From: an uncultured Gammaproteobacteria bacterium
GTDB taxonomy: Bacteria > Patescibacteriota > Microgenomatia > UBA1406 > GWC2-37-13
Direction of reading: 5' to 3'
Assembly: GCA_964433155.1 (NCBI GenBank)
Contig: CAYSQE010000003.1
Span: 12,061-76,060, forward strand
Length of the DNA stretch: 64,000 nucleotides
How positions within the stretch are numbered: the stretch's first letter is position 1; every line of letters begins with the position of its first letter. The notes below the pieces were generated by a model that had not been told where the DNA came from, ran no database searches, and saw only the letters and a list, made by a program, of their open reading frames with translations. The translations under genes were made by a program, and so were the position numbers. This document shows positions 47,940-55,755 of the stretch, piece after piece.

Positions 47940-48893
47940 ATCTGCATCAACCATCATTTTTACTAGCACTTCAAAGCTTACTTTCGATTTCCAGCCAAGA
48001 ATTTTCTTAGCTTTGCTGGGTCTTGCTCTAAGAGCATGAACTTCTGCAGGTCTCTTAAATCTCGCATCACTTATTACGTATTTTTTCCAATTATCAATCT
48101 TAGCATATTTGAAAGCCAAATCAACAAACTCCTTCACATTATGATTTTCTCCTGTTCCAACAACAAAATCATCTGGTTTTTCCAGCTGAAGCATCAAATG
48201 CATCGCTTCAACATAATCACCGGCAAACCCCCAATCTCGCTTAGCCTCCAGATTACCAAGGTATAATTTGTCAGTTAAACCCATTTTTATTTTAGCCACA
48301 CCGTTGGTAATTTTGCGAGTGACAAACTGTATACCTCTTATGGGTGACTCATGATTAAAAAGTATACCGCTGCAGGTAAAAAGCCCATAGCTTTCTCTGT
48401 AGTTTACCGTCATCCAATGGGCATATACTTTTGAAATCCCGTATGGACTCCTGGGATGAAATGGCGTATTTTCGTCTTGAAAACCGTTGTCGTGTTGAAG
48501 ACCAAACATCTCTGAGGTTGATGCCTGGTAAAATTTAGCAGTCGGGCAAAATGACTTTATCGCATTCAAAAGATATAACACACCTATAGCGTTGATTTCT
48601 GAAGTAAGCTTTGCCATCTCCCATGAACTGCCAACAAACGATTGAGCTGCAAGATTGTATACCTCATCCGGTCTAACGTTTTTAATTACAGAGTATAACG
48701 AAGATTCGTCGGTCAGATCACCATCTACATATTCAATTTTATCAGTTAGATTTAGGAAATCTAAATTTTCAAAATTAGGATTCGAGTATCTCCTAGTCAT
48801 TCCATACACTTTATATCCTTTGGATAAAAGGAGTTTGGCTAAATAAGGCCCATCCTGCCCAAGTATCCCTGTGATTAAAGCCGTTTTTGCCAT
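47916..48893 (-). CDS. gmd: GDP-mannose 4,6-dehydratase
   Basis: ALITGILGQDGPYLAKLLLSKGYKVYGM, SPYGISKVYAHW and NHESPIRG. Confidence 0.9.
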   Translation of the reverse strand: MAKTALITGILGQDGPYLAKLLLSKGYKVYGMTRRYSNPNFENLDFLNLTDKIEYVDGDLTDESSLYSVIKNVRPDEVYNLAAQSFVGSSWEMAKLTSEINAIGVLYLLNAIKSFCPTAKFYQASTSEMFGLQHDNGFQDENTPFHPRSPYGISKVYAHWMTVNYRESYGLFTCSGILFNHESPIRGIQFVTRKITNGVAKIKMGLTDKLYLGNLEAKRDWGFAGDYVEAMHLMLQLEKPDDFVVGTGENHNVKEFVDLAFKYAKIDNWKKYVISDARFKRPAEVHALRARPSKAKKILGWKSKVSFEVLVKMMVDADLKRFKNS

Positions 48894-48956
48894 TTTTTAT
48901 ATTATACCTCAATGTTTTCTAAATGTTACGTGTTTCATGTTTTATGTTATATGCTT

Positions 48957-48965
48957 TGCTACAAT
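48957..48965 (+). promoter_or_regulatory. Extended -10 element (TGcTACAAT) 8 nt before ATG 48973
   Basis: Read directly. No room for a leader or SD, which suggests a leaderless transcript for the flippase gene. Confidence 0.35.
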
Positions 48966-48972
48966 ATTCCTT

Positions 48973-50271
48973 ATGATCCCCAGGTTGATTAATTTCGCAA
49001 AACGACCGACAAGTGTTAATGTCATTATCAATACCTTCGGAAACTACCTAAATGTATTTTTTACAGCTCTTTTCGCTCTCATTCTTGTCCGCATTTTGAC
49101 TCCTCCACAATATGGAGTTCTAAGCGTGCTTCTAGGTATCGCATATGTTCTAGCAAACATTCTCGACTTTGGCACAACAGCTACAATTTATTCTTATCTA
49201 CCAAATTTATATGAAAAAAAGACATACGAGCTTTATCGATTTATCAAAAGTACTTTCTATTATCAATCCATTTTTTCTTTTTTTGTTATCGCAGTTTTGT
49301 TAATATCTTTTCCCTTCTTAGATAAAGTTTTTTTCAAAACAGATGCTCCCTGGTCAGAGCTTGCTTTAACTTCGATCTCAGTTTTATTTTTAATCTGGCA
49401 AAATTTTCTGCAAAATATACTTTTTGCCGCAAAAAAATTTGTCAAGACAAATGTATATTTGAATATCGCCAACATCATTAAAACGCTTATTGTTTTTCTT
49501 ATGATTTATTTGAAAATTATCACAGTAGGATCGGTGATTTTTGTCTTTGGAATTTTAGGACCCGTCATATTTTTTTTCTTGCTTTTTTTAGAGAAGAAAG
49601 ATCTTGTCTCGATTTTTCTTAAGTCCGAAGTTAAACGAAGCGAATTTAGGTTTGGCTACACTTTGACATATTTCTTAGCTTCTCAATTTTTTAACCTGGG
49701 ACTTCGCATGGATCTTTTTCTTCTATCTTATTTCAGATCTAAAACCGAGGTAGGATATTATGGACTTTCACAAAAAATTATTTTAACGATTATTACTACC
49801 ATAGTTAGTATCACGCAAGTCTTATCGCCCTCATTTTCTAAGATAACCAGAAAATCAGAAGCGTTATCTCAACTTAAGACTGGATTCATGTATCTTTTAC
49901 TCCCTTCGGCACTCTTTTTTATTCTTTTTTTCACACCAAAGGAAGTCTATGATCTTTTTTTTACCGACAAATTTGTACAAACTGCACCTATAACACGGGC
50001 CCTAAGCTTACCTTTTGTGCTATATGCTCTCGGCAGCCTTCCTGTCTTATTTCTTTTATATACGGTCAAAAAACCCGTTTATATTTTAATCTCAAATGTT
50101 GTTTTCTTTATCATTTTAACCCTAGGATGTTATTTTTTAATTCCGAAGATGGGCGTCTTTGGCCCACCATACGCTATAGCTTTAGCCCTCATCGTTGCAA
50201 CAGGTATTCAAATAGTCGCCAGCATCAAGGAGTTTAAGAAAATGTTCTCACCCCGCTCCCAGACTTCATAA
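48973..50271 (+). CDS. MOP/Wzx-type polysaccharide flippase-like membrane protein
   Basis: About 12 TM helices. ATG 48973 is chosen because the ORF-track GTG 48871 would overlap the gmd start. Confidence 0.55.
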   Translation: MIPRLINFAKRPTSVNVIINTFGNYLNVFFTALFALILVRILTPPQYGVLSVLLGIAYVLANILDFGTTATIYSYLPNLYEKKTYELYRFIKSTFYYQSIFSFFVIAVLLISFPFLDKVFFKTDAPWSELALTSISVLFLIWQNFLQNILFAAKKFVKTNVYLNIANIIKTLIVFLMIYLKIITVGSVIFVFGILGPVIFFFLLFLEKKDLVSIFLKSEVKRSEFRFGYTLTYFLASQFFNLGLRMDLFLLSYFRSKTEVGYYGLSQKIILTIITTIVSITQVLSPSFSKITRKSEALSQLKTGFMYLLLPSALFFILFFTPKEVYDLFFTDKFVQTAPITRALSLPFVLYALGSLPVLFLLYTVKKPVYILISNVVFFIILTLGCYFLIPKMGVFGPPYAIALALIVATGIQIVASIKEFKKMFSPRSQTS

Positions 50272-51626
50272 TATATCCCCCTAAAATTTCTTGTTTTTTT
50301 CTTATTATAATTACTTTGTCGCAAAATCTTCGCATAGTCCAAACCATAAATTTCTGAGGTATAAGGAATAATAATTATTTCTCGATACTTTAATTTGGTT
50401 AAATCCAAAGCTCGTAAATCTCCAAGATTCAAATCGCTTCGATAATATTGAATTGGGTCAGAAGAGGAATAGATCATATAAATTTTCTTATCTGAAGGAA
50501 GGCTGTTTGCCAAGGACTTCCAATCCTCACGATGAAAGCCAGGAAATAAGAGATATAACAAAGAAAAACTGATAAAACCAAAAAATATGATTAATCGATA
50601 AATCGTATTTTTTTGTGCAAATGAAATCAAGACTGAAATAAGCGGAATAAGATAAATAAACCTAAAATATTGAAGTAGGGGAGTAAAAAAAGAAAATAAA
50701 ATGCCAAAACCCATTGAACCGATGATAAAAAATAAGATAGACCTCTGTTTCAATCCGCCTTTTAGGACAAAAAACCAGACGAATGCTGTCCAAATCCCAG
50801 CAACAGCCCAATACAGCAATTTGGGCTGAAAGCTGATTCGTCCAAAGGCAAATTTTAACGGGATGAGGAAAAGATTTTTTAGATTCGTAGTACCTAAAAC
50901 TTGTGTCCAATTTGGTACCAAGAGTAACTGTTGTTGAGCATTGACAAACTGCCGATAGACTAATGGCAGAAGAACTAATAACGAAGAAGAAAGCATTAAA
51001 AATGAAACAAAAAAAAATCTATATTGCTTTTTGTAAAGTAAATACAAAAACATAGGAATAATTAAAAAAATCGAGCCGTAAAATGTTAAAAAAGCCAACG
51101 AAATGAAGATGTTAAAAAATAAAATAGGTGAGGAGCCAAAATTTTTCGAGACTTTCTGTTTGAGGAGCGGAAGCGACGAGTTAAGTCGAGATAAAATTTC
51201 TGGCGACAAACCTAAATAATAATAGAGTGCGACAGTTAAAAAAAATGTAGCCATCATATACATTCTCGCCTCCTGTGAATAATAAATAATCAATGGATTA
51301 AAAAGAAAAAATGCCACAGCCCAAAAACTAAACTTTTCATTTTTTATTTTTTTACCAATCAGGTAGACAATCCAACCCGTAAGAAGTGAAAAAATAATTG
51401 ATGGAAATCGCAGGGCAATTTCAGAATAACCAAATAAATTTGTCCAAAATTTCATAGATAGATAATAGAGTGGGGGATGAAAATCATGAGGAGAGAATTT
51501 TGTGGCGACATCTAAAAAACTGTACTGTTGAACCACTCGTGCTGTGGTTGCCTCATCTAACCATAAAGATTGATTTAAAGATATAAGACGAATTAAAAAA
51601 GCGAAGACCAATAGAAGATATATCAT
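50208..51626 (-). CDS. GT-C fold glycosyltransferase (ArnT/PMT_2-like)
   Basis: First-loop motif SLWLDEATTA, then more than 10 TM helices. Start moved to ATG 51626 because the ORF-track N-terminus (to 51683) is the translated tRNA-Gly gene. Confidence 0.6.
   Translation of the reverse strand: MIYLLLVFAFLIRLISLNQSLWLDEATTARVVQQYSFLDVATKFSPHDFHPPLYYLSMKFWTNLFGYSEIALRFPSIIFSLLTGWIVYLIGKKIKNEKFSFWAVAFFLFNPLIIYYSQEARMYMMATFFLTVALYYYLGLSPEILSRLNSSLPLLKQKVSKNFGSSPILFFNIFISLAFLTFYGSIFLIIPMFLYLLYKKQYRFFFVSFLMLSSSLLVLLPLVYRQFVNAQQQLLLVPNWTQVLGTTNLKNLFLIPLKFAFGRISFQPKLLYWAVAGIWTAFVWFFVLKGGLKQRSILFFIIGSMGFGILFSFFTPLLQYFRFIYLIPLISVLISFAQKNTIYRLIIFFGFISFSLLYLLFPGFHREDWKSLANSLPSDKKIYMIYSSSDPIQYYRSDLNLGDLRALDLTKLKYREIIIIPYTSEIYGLDYAKILRQSNYNKKKTRNFRGIYYEVWERGENIFLNSLMLATI
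51135..51204. repeat. Second, shorter copy of the in-frame palindromic element (inside the GT-C gene)
   Basis: GCCAAAATTTTTCGAGACTTTCTGTTTGAGGAGCGGAAGCGAC aligns with lepA 11487-11536 (AAAATTTTTTCGAAAGTCAGTTGTTTGAGCAAAGGAGCGAGGAAGCGAC). The right end AAAATTTCTGGC is inverted relative to the left end. Confidence 0.6.
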
Positions 51627-51633
51627 AAATTTG

Positions 51634-51705
51634 AGCGGTGGAGGGGATTTGAACCCCTGACCTTCTCCTTGGAAGGGAGACATTCTACCGCTGAACTACC
51701 ACCGC
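51634..51705 (-). tRNA. tRNA-Gly (anticodon UCC)
   Basis: Reverse complement GCGGTGG-TA-GTTC-AGCGGTA-GAAT-G-TCTCC-CTTCCAA-GGAGA-AGGTC-AGGGG-TTCAAAT-CCCCT-CCACCGC-T folds as a cloverleaf. Anticodon loop is CT-TCC-AA. No encoded CCA. Confidence 0.9.
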
Positions 51706-51926
51706 AATCTCAAATATTCTGCCAATCTTTTTTTTAAATAACCCCTACCAAATCCTGTCTTAAGCTGCAATTCTCTTTTTCTTGCATCGGTTTTATTTAA
51801 ACAACCTTCAAAATATACAAGTTCAATTTTAGAATATTTACTTGTTGTAAATATTTCTTTCTTAAGATGTGTTTTCAATCTAACCCTTAAATCTTGACAA
51901 AAACCTACATAAAACTTTCTATTACC
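51696..51926 (-). pseudogene. GIY-YIG nuclease mini-gene remnant (N-terminally truncated)
   Basis: The open frame reads GNRKFYVGFCQDLRVRLKTHLKK...ELVYFEGCLNKTDARKRELQLKTGFGRGYLKK. This is the YVG-to-C-terminus part of small GIY-YIG proteins. The first beta-strand (GIY) and an ATG are missing. The 3' end overlaps tRNA-Gly by 10 nt. Confidence 0.5.
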
Positions 51927-51945
51927 TTATATATATTATATTTCA

Positions 51946-52821
51946 TTACCCTATAAAATCAATTATATGATTTGCTACCAAGTGTGGTTGGGTTATCACA
52001 ACATCATGACCTACTTTGGGAATTTCGATAAACTCTCCTTTTACCAAGAGATTAGCCAGCCTTTTTGAGTCTTTTGCAGAAACTGCGTGATCATTTTCAG
52101 CTGCTATCACAAGCGTTTCCTTTTTTAAGTTATGTGCTAGCTTATCAAACTCTGAGAGGCTAAGATGTAATACATTGTCAAAAATTGCCTTAGCATTAAA
52201 ATTACATGTATCAATTAAAATTGCTTGAACAAACTCCCTGTCTAGGCTAGCTATATCTGGATAGCGCTTTATATAGAAAAGCTTAAATAACCAGTTTGCG
52301 ATAAAATATCTGATTTTCTTAGGCTGGAATAGATAAATTAATCGTGGCCATTTTTTAAGCGCATAAAAAAGGTAGATTGCGCTCTTATACTGCTTTGCTG
52401 TTTTTTCAAGCTGTTCAACGCCATTAAATGGGGGAGAAAAAATTATCAGCTTATTTAGACTATTGGCATAATTTAGAGCATAATTAAGTCCGTGAACGCC
52501 TCCGGTCGAATGACCAAAAAAATTGACTTTTTTTGTCTGTAAAACCTGTTCCTTAAACTTTTGAATGAATTCTGAATAAAAATCAAAACTGTGAAAATGC
52601 TTAGAGTTTGTTTCTGAACTACCATAGCCCGGCAAATTTAAAGCGATACACCAAAACTTTAAACCCAATAATTTCATCAGCGGTAATAATGAGATTACCG
52701 ATATTGGCCAACCAGGAATCATCAACAAAGGACTTTTCCCATTGCGTTTTCCTGTCTCAATATAGGTTATTTTCTTACCTTTGAGTCTAACGTTTGCAAC
52801 TAGATACTGTCTCTTTCTCAT
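51946..52821 (-). CDS. Alpha/beta-fold hydrolase (esterase/lipase-like)
   Basis: Nucleophile elbow GHSTGG, an oxyanion region (LLMIPGWP) and a C-terminal GHDV His. ATG 52821 is preferred over the TTG at 52851. Confidence 0.7.
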   Translation of the reverse strand: MRKRQYLVANVRLKGKKITYIETGKRNGKSPLLMIPGWPISVISLLPLMKLLGLKFWCIALNLPGYGSSETNSKHFHSFDFYSEFIQKFKEQVLQTKKVNFFGHSTGGVHGLNYALNYANSLNKLIIFSPPFNGVEQLEKTAKQYKSAIYLFYALKKWPRLIYLFQPKKIRYFIANWLFKLFYIKRYPDIASLDREFVQAILIDTCNFNAKAIFDNVLHLSLSEFDKLAHNLKKETLVIAAENDHAVSAKDSKRLANLLVKGEFIEIPKVGHDVVITQPHLVANHIIDFIG

Positions 52822-52861
52822 AATTGTAATTTTAACTATGCTCCTATACAATGTACACGAT

Positions 52862-53185
52862 ATGAAGCAAAATTTAAAGATAGGAATCGACTTAGTCTAT
52901 ATTCCTGACTTTGAAGCAAAAATAAAAAAACGAGGAAAGCTATTTATTAAGAGAATTTTTAGCAGTAGAGAAATAAGTGAAACAAAAAAGATAGCATCTT
53001 TAGCCGGTAAATATGCTTGTAAGGAAGCATTTATAAAAACTCTGGGCAAAAAAATGTATCGATTGAATGAAATTGAAATATTAAAGCTGCAGGACAGACC
53101 CTACGTGCTTTTTAAAGGCAAGAAATTCTTTGGAGTTAGCATATCTCATGCTGGTTCGTATGCTGCGGCGGCCATTGCTATATGA
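52862..53185 (+). CDS. acpS: Holo-[acyl-carrier-protein] synthase (4'-phosphopantetheinyl transferase)
   Basis: IGIDLVYIPDF, FSSREI, AGKYACKEAFIKTLG and VSISHAGSYAAAAIAI. ATG 52862; the ORF track begins at 52781. Confidence 0.8.
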   Translation: MKQNLKIGIDLVYIPDFEAKIKKRGKLFIKRIFSSREISETKKIASLAGKYACKEAFIKTLGKKMYRLNEIEILKLQDRPYVLFKGKKFFGVSISHAGSYAAAAIAI

Positions 53186-53193
53186 TCTAATCT

Positions 53194-55755
53194 ATGAATC
53201 GCCCCAACTTCGAAAAATTAAAAGATCTGCGTGCGTTGATAAGTGCTAGCTTTACCAAACATAGCTCACGGATATTTTTTAAGACTAGGGGGAAATTTCG
53301 GAACAAAAAATTTTCTTACAGTGAAATATATTCATATATTAAATCTTCGGGAGTTTTTTTTCCAGATATTGGCGTATATAAAAATGATAAAGTAATGCTG
53401 ATTGGTCCAAATTCTCCAGAACTCGCCACCCTCATTTTATCCTGTTTTTATCACAATAGAGTTGTTGTACTTGCGGATGTCCGTTCATCCAAAGAACTGT
53501 TACAAAGATACATAAAACTGACAGACCCAAAAATCATATTTACCACCAGATTTAGAACCAGGGATATCTCAGAAATAACAAAAAAGTATCTTGTGATCGA
53601 AGATTTTTTTGATTATCTAAAAGAATATAATGGCAAATCAGATGAAAAGATCTCTAAACTCAAATCTGATGCTCTTGCAGAAATTATTTTCACCTCAGGT
53701 ACGACCGGCAAACCTAAAGGCGTGATGCTTACCCATAAAAATATCGTCTCAAACCTAGAATCGATCTCACATCTAATTCCAGACACGGACCAGTTTGAAG
53801 CTCTATCTCTTCTACCGCTGAGCCATATGTATGAACAAATTATCGGACTACTTGTCCCGCTCTCTGTTGGAGCAAGAGTGTGTTATGTTAAAAAAGTAAG
53901 TTCGGTAGCAATAAAAAAAGCGCTGGAAGATTGGAACATAACTCATCTTGCCATAGTCCCACAGGTCCTAAAAAATCTTTATAAAAATATTGAAAATGAA
54001 GCTGAAAAAGAAAATAAAAAAAATATTCTGGAATTTGTTAACTCAATTAATAAACATCTACCTTATGCTTTGCGAAAATTTATTTTCAGAAAAGTTCATA
54101 AAGAACTCGGTGGGAGAATTCAATTTATTATAACTGGAGGGGCTAAACTAGATTATGACGTTGGTCAAAAGTGGGAAAATATGGGTTTTCCAGTGATTGA
54201 AGGGTATGGCGCAACCGAGGTAACAGCCGGAGCAACCGGAAATAGGCTTGAGAACAGAAAGTTGGGTTCGGTTGGATACGCGCTTCCAAAGGTTGAGATA
54301 AAGATAGATAAAAATGATGAAGTTCTTATAAAGGGTAAAAATGTATCTCTCGGCTATTACCAAAATAAAGTGAAAACCAGAGCGGTTTTTACTAAAGACG
54401 GTTGGTATAGATCGGGTGACATGGGTAAGATGATCGACGGTAGACTGTACCTTTTAGGTAGGGACGATTTCAAGATTGTACTAAGTAGTGGTGAAAATGT
54501 CTATGTCGAAGATCTGGAGAGTCAACTAAATCAGGAAAAAGAAATCTGGGAGTCTTGCGTAATCAATCTAGAGGTAGATGGTCGAGAAAAAGTCCATGCG
54601 GTGATTATACCTGCTCAAGGGTTTTCCAGAAATGATGTGGAGAATGGGCTAAAGCGAGTTAATAATCGACTTGAACAACATCAGCAGATAGTCTCACATT
54701 CTTTCTGGACTGAAGAGGACTTCCCCAGAACGCACACTCTGAAAACAGATCGAAGATATATTAAAGCTAAAGTTGAAGCTGAATATACAGGAAAAAAAAT
54801 GTTTGAGAACAAAACAGAGATTAAAGAACAAGCTGATAGACTAATTTCAATGATTGCTGAAGTTTCAGGAACACTTGGTCAAAGCATTTCGGATAAAACT
54901 AATTTAGGTGCGGATCTAAATATGGACTCGATCGATAGAGTGGAGTTGATAGCCTTACTTGAAGATGAATTTAACGTAACAATAGATGATTATGCAATAA
55001 GCGCTCAAACCAATGTTAAAGATCTTAGGCAGCTAATCAATGCATCAACCATGGAGATACCGCGTGATAAAATTTTTCAGCTACAGTATTTCAAACCTCC
55101 TTTTTCGATCTTGAGAACTCTTTTCTTTAAATTTTTCTTGTTACCGCTGCACTCAGTGTTTGTAAAAACAGAGATCGAAGGAAAAGAAAATCTTCCAAAT
55201 CATTTGTCTCCTGTCATCTACGCTTTCAACCATATTGGCCCGCTTGACTTGCTGTCTTTTTTGCGCTATTTACCAACCAATCAGCTTCTTCAGACTGCCA
55301 GCGCTGGCCAGGAAAATCTTTGGAACAATAAGTCTAACTTTTTTGGCTTTCTTCTACAGTTTTTAGGCGGCGCCTTTCCTGTATCACCAGATCAAGCGGC
55401 CGGCGCTCGTTCTGGCCTGGAAAGGATCGGAAAACTTTTAGATAACAACATATCTATCACACTGGCCCCAGAAGGTAGGATGACAAGAACGGGTAAAATG
55501 CAGAAATTTAAACGCGGGATAGGTGTGATCGCTTCAGAAATGGACGCCCCAATCATCCCAATTAAATTGGAGGGCGACTACACAGATGTCTTTAGAGTCC
55601 CGCAAAAAGCCTCTGATCAGGTCCCAATCACATATTTCCTGCCAAAATTGACCCAAACTAATATCAAAGTAAAAATCGGTAAACCCTTGCATTTGACTGG
55701 AATCTCATATAATCTAGCAACAGAAATTGTTGAAGATGCGATACGAAAACTATGA
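53194..55755 (+). CDS. Tri-domain fusion: acyl-AMP ligase / phosphopantetheine carrier domain / PlsC-type acyltransferase
   Basis: Adenylation cores FTSGTTGKPKGVMLTH, EGYGATEV, YRSGDMG and GRDDFKIVLSSGENV. Carrier motif LGADLNMDSIDRVEL with Ser579 (nt 54928). Acyltransferase HX4D as FNHIGPLD with His680 (nt 55231), and APEGRMTRTG. Confidence 0.8.
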   Translation: MNRPNFEKLKDLRALISASFTKHSSRIFFKTRGKFRNKKFSYSEIYSYIKSSGVFFPDIGVYKNDKVMLIGPNSPELATLILSCFYHNRVVVLADVRSSKELLQRYIKLTDPKIIFTTRFRTRDISEITKKYLVIEDFFDYLKEYNGKSDEKISKLKSDALAEIIFTSGTTGKPKGVMLTHKNIVSNLESISHLIPDTDQFEALSLLPLSHMYEQIIGLLVPLSVGARVCYVKKVSSVAIKKALEDWNITHLAIVPQVLKNLYKNIENEAEKENKKNILEFVNSINKHLPYALRKFIFRKVHKELGGRIQFIITGGAKLDYDVGQKWENMGFPVIEGYGATEVTAGATGNRLENRKLGSVGYALPKVEIKIDKNDEVLIKGKNVSLGYYQNKVKTRAVFTKDGWYRSGDMGKMIDGRLYLLGRDDFKIVLSSGENVYVEDLESQLNQEKEIWESCVINLEVDGREKVHAVIIPAQGFSRNDVENGLKRVNNRLEQHQQIVSHSFWTEEDFPRTHTLKTDRRYIKAKVEAEYTGKKMFENKTEIKEQADRLISMIAEVSGTLGQSISDKTNLGADLNMDSIDRVELIALLEDEFNVTIDDYAISAQTNVKDLRQLINASTMEIPRDKIFQLQYFKPPFSILRTLFFKFFLLPLHSVFVKTEIEGKENLPNHLSPVIYAFNHIGPLDLLSFLRYLPTNQLLQTASAGQENLWNNKSNFFGFLLQFLGGAFPVSPDQAAGARSGLERIGKLLDNNISITLAPEGRMTRTGKMQKFKRGIGVIASEMDAPIIPIKLEGDYTDVFRVPQKASDQVPITYFLPKLTQTNIKVKIGKPLHLTGISYNLATEIVEDAIRKL

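Noticed and set aside
51627-51683. N-terminal extension (MSPFQGEGQGFKSPPPLKF) of the GT-C ORF in the six-frame track.
   Set aside because: These codons are the reverse-strand tRNA-Gly gene read as protein. A good ATG (51626) starts the hydrophobic N-terminus right after the tRNA.
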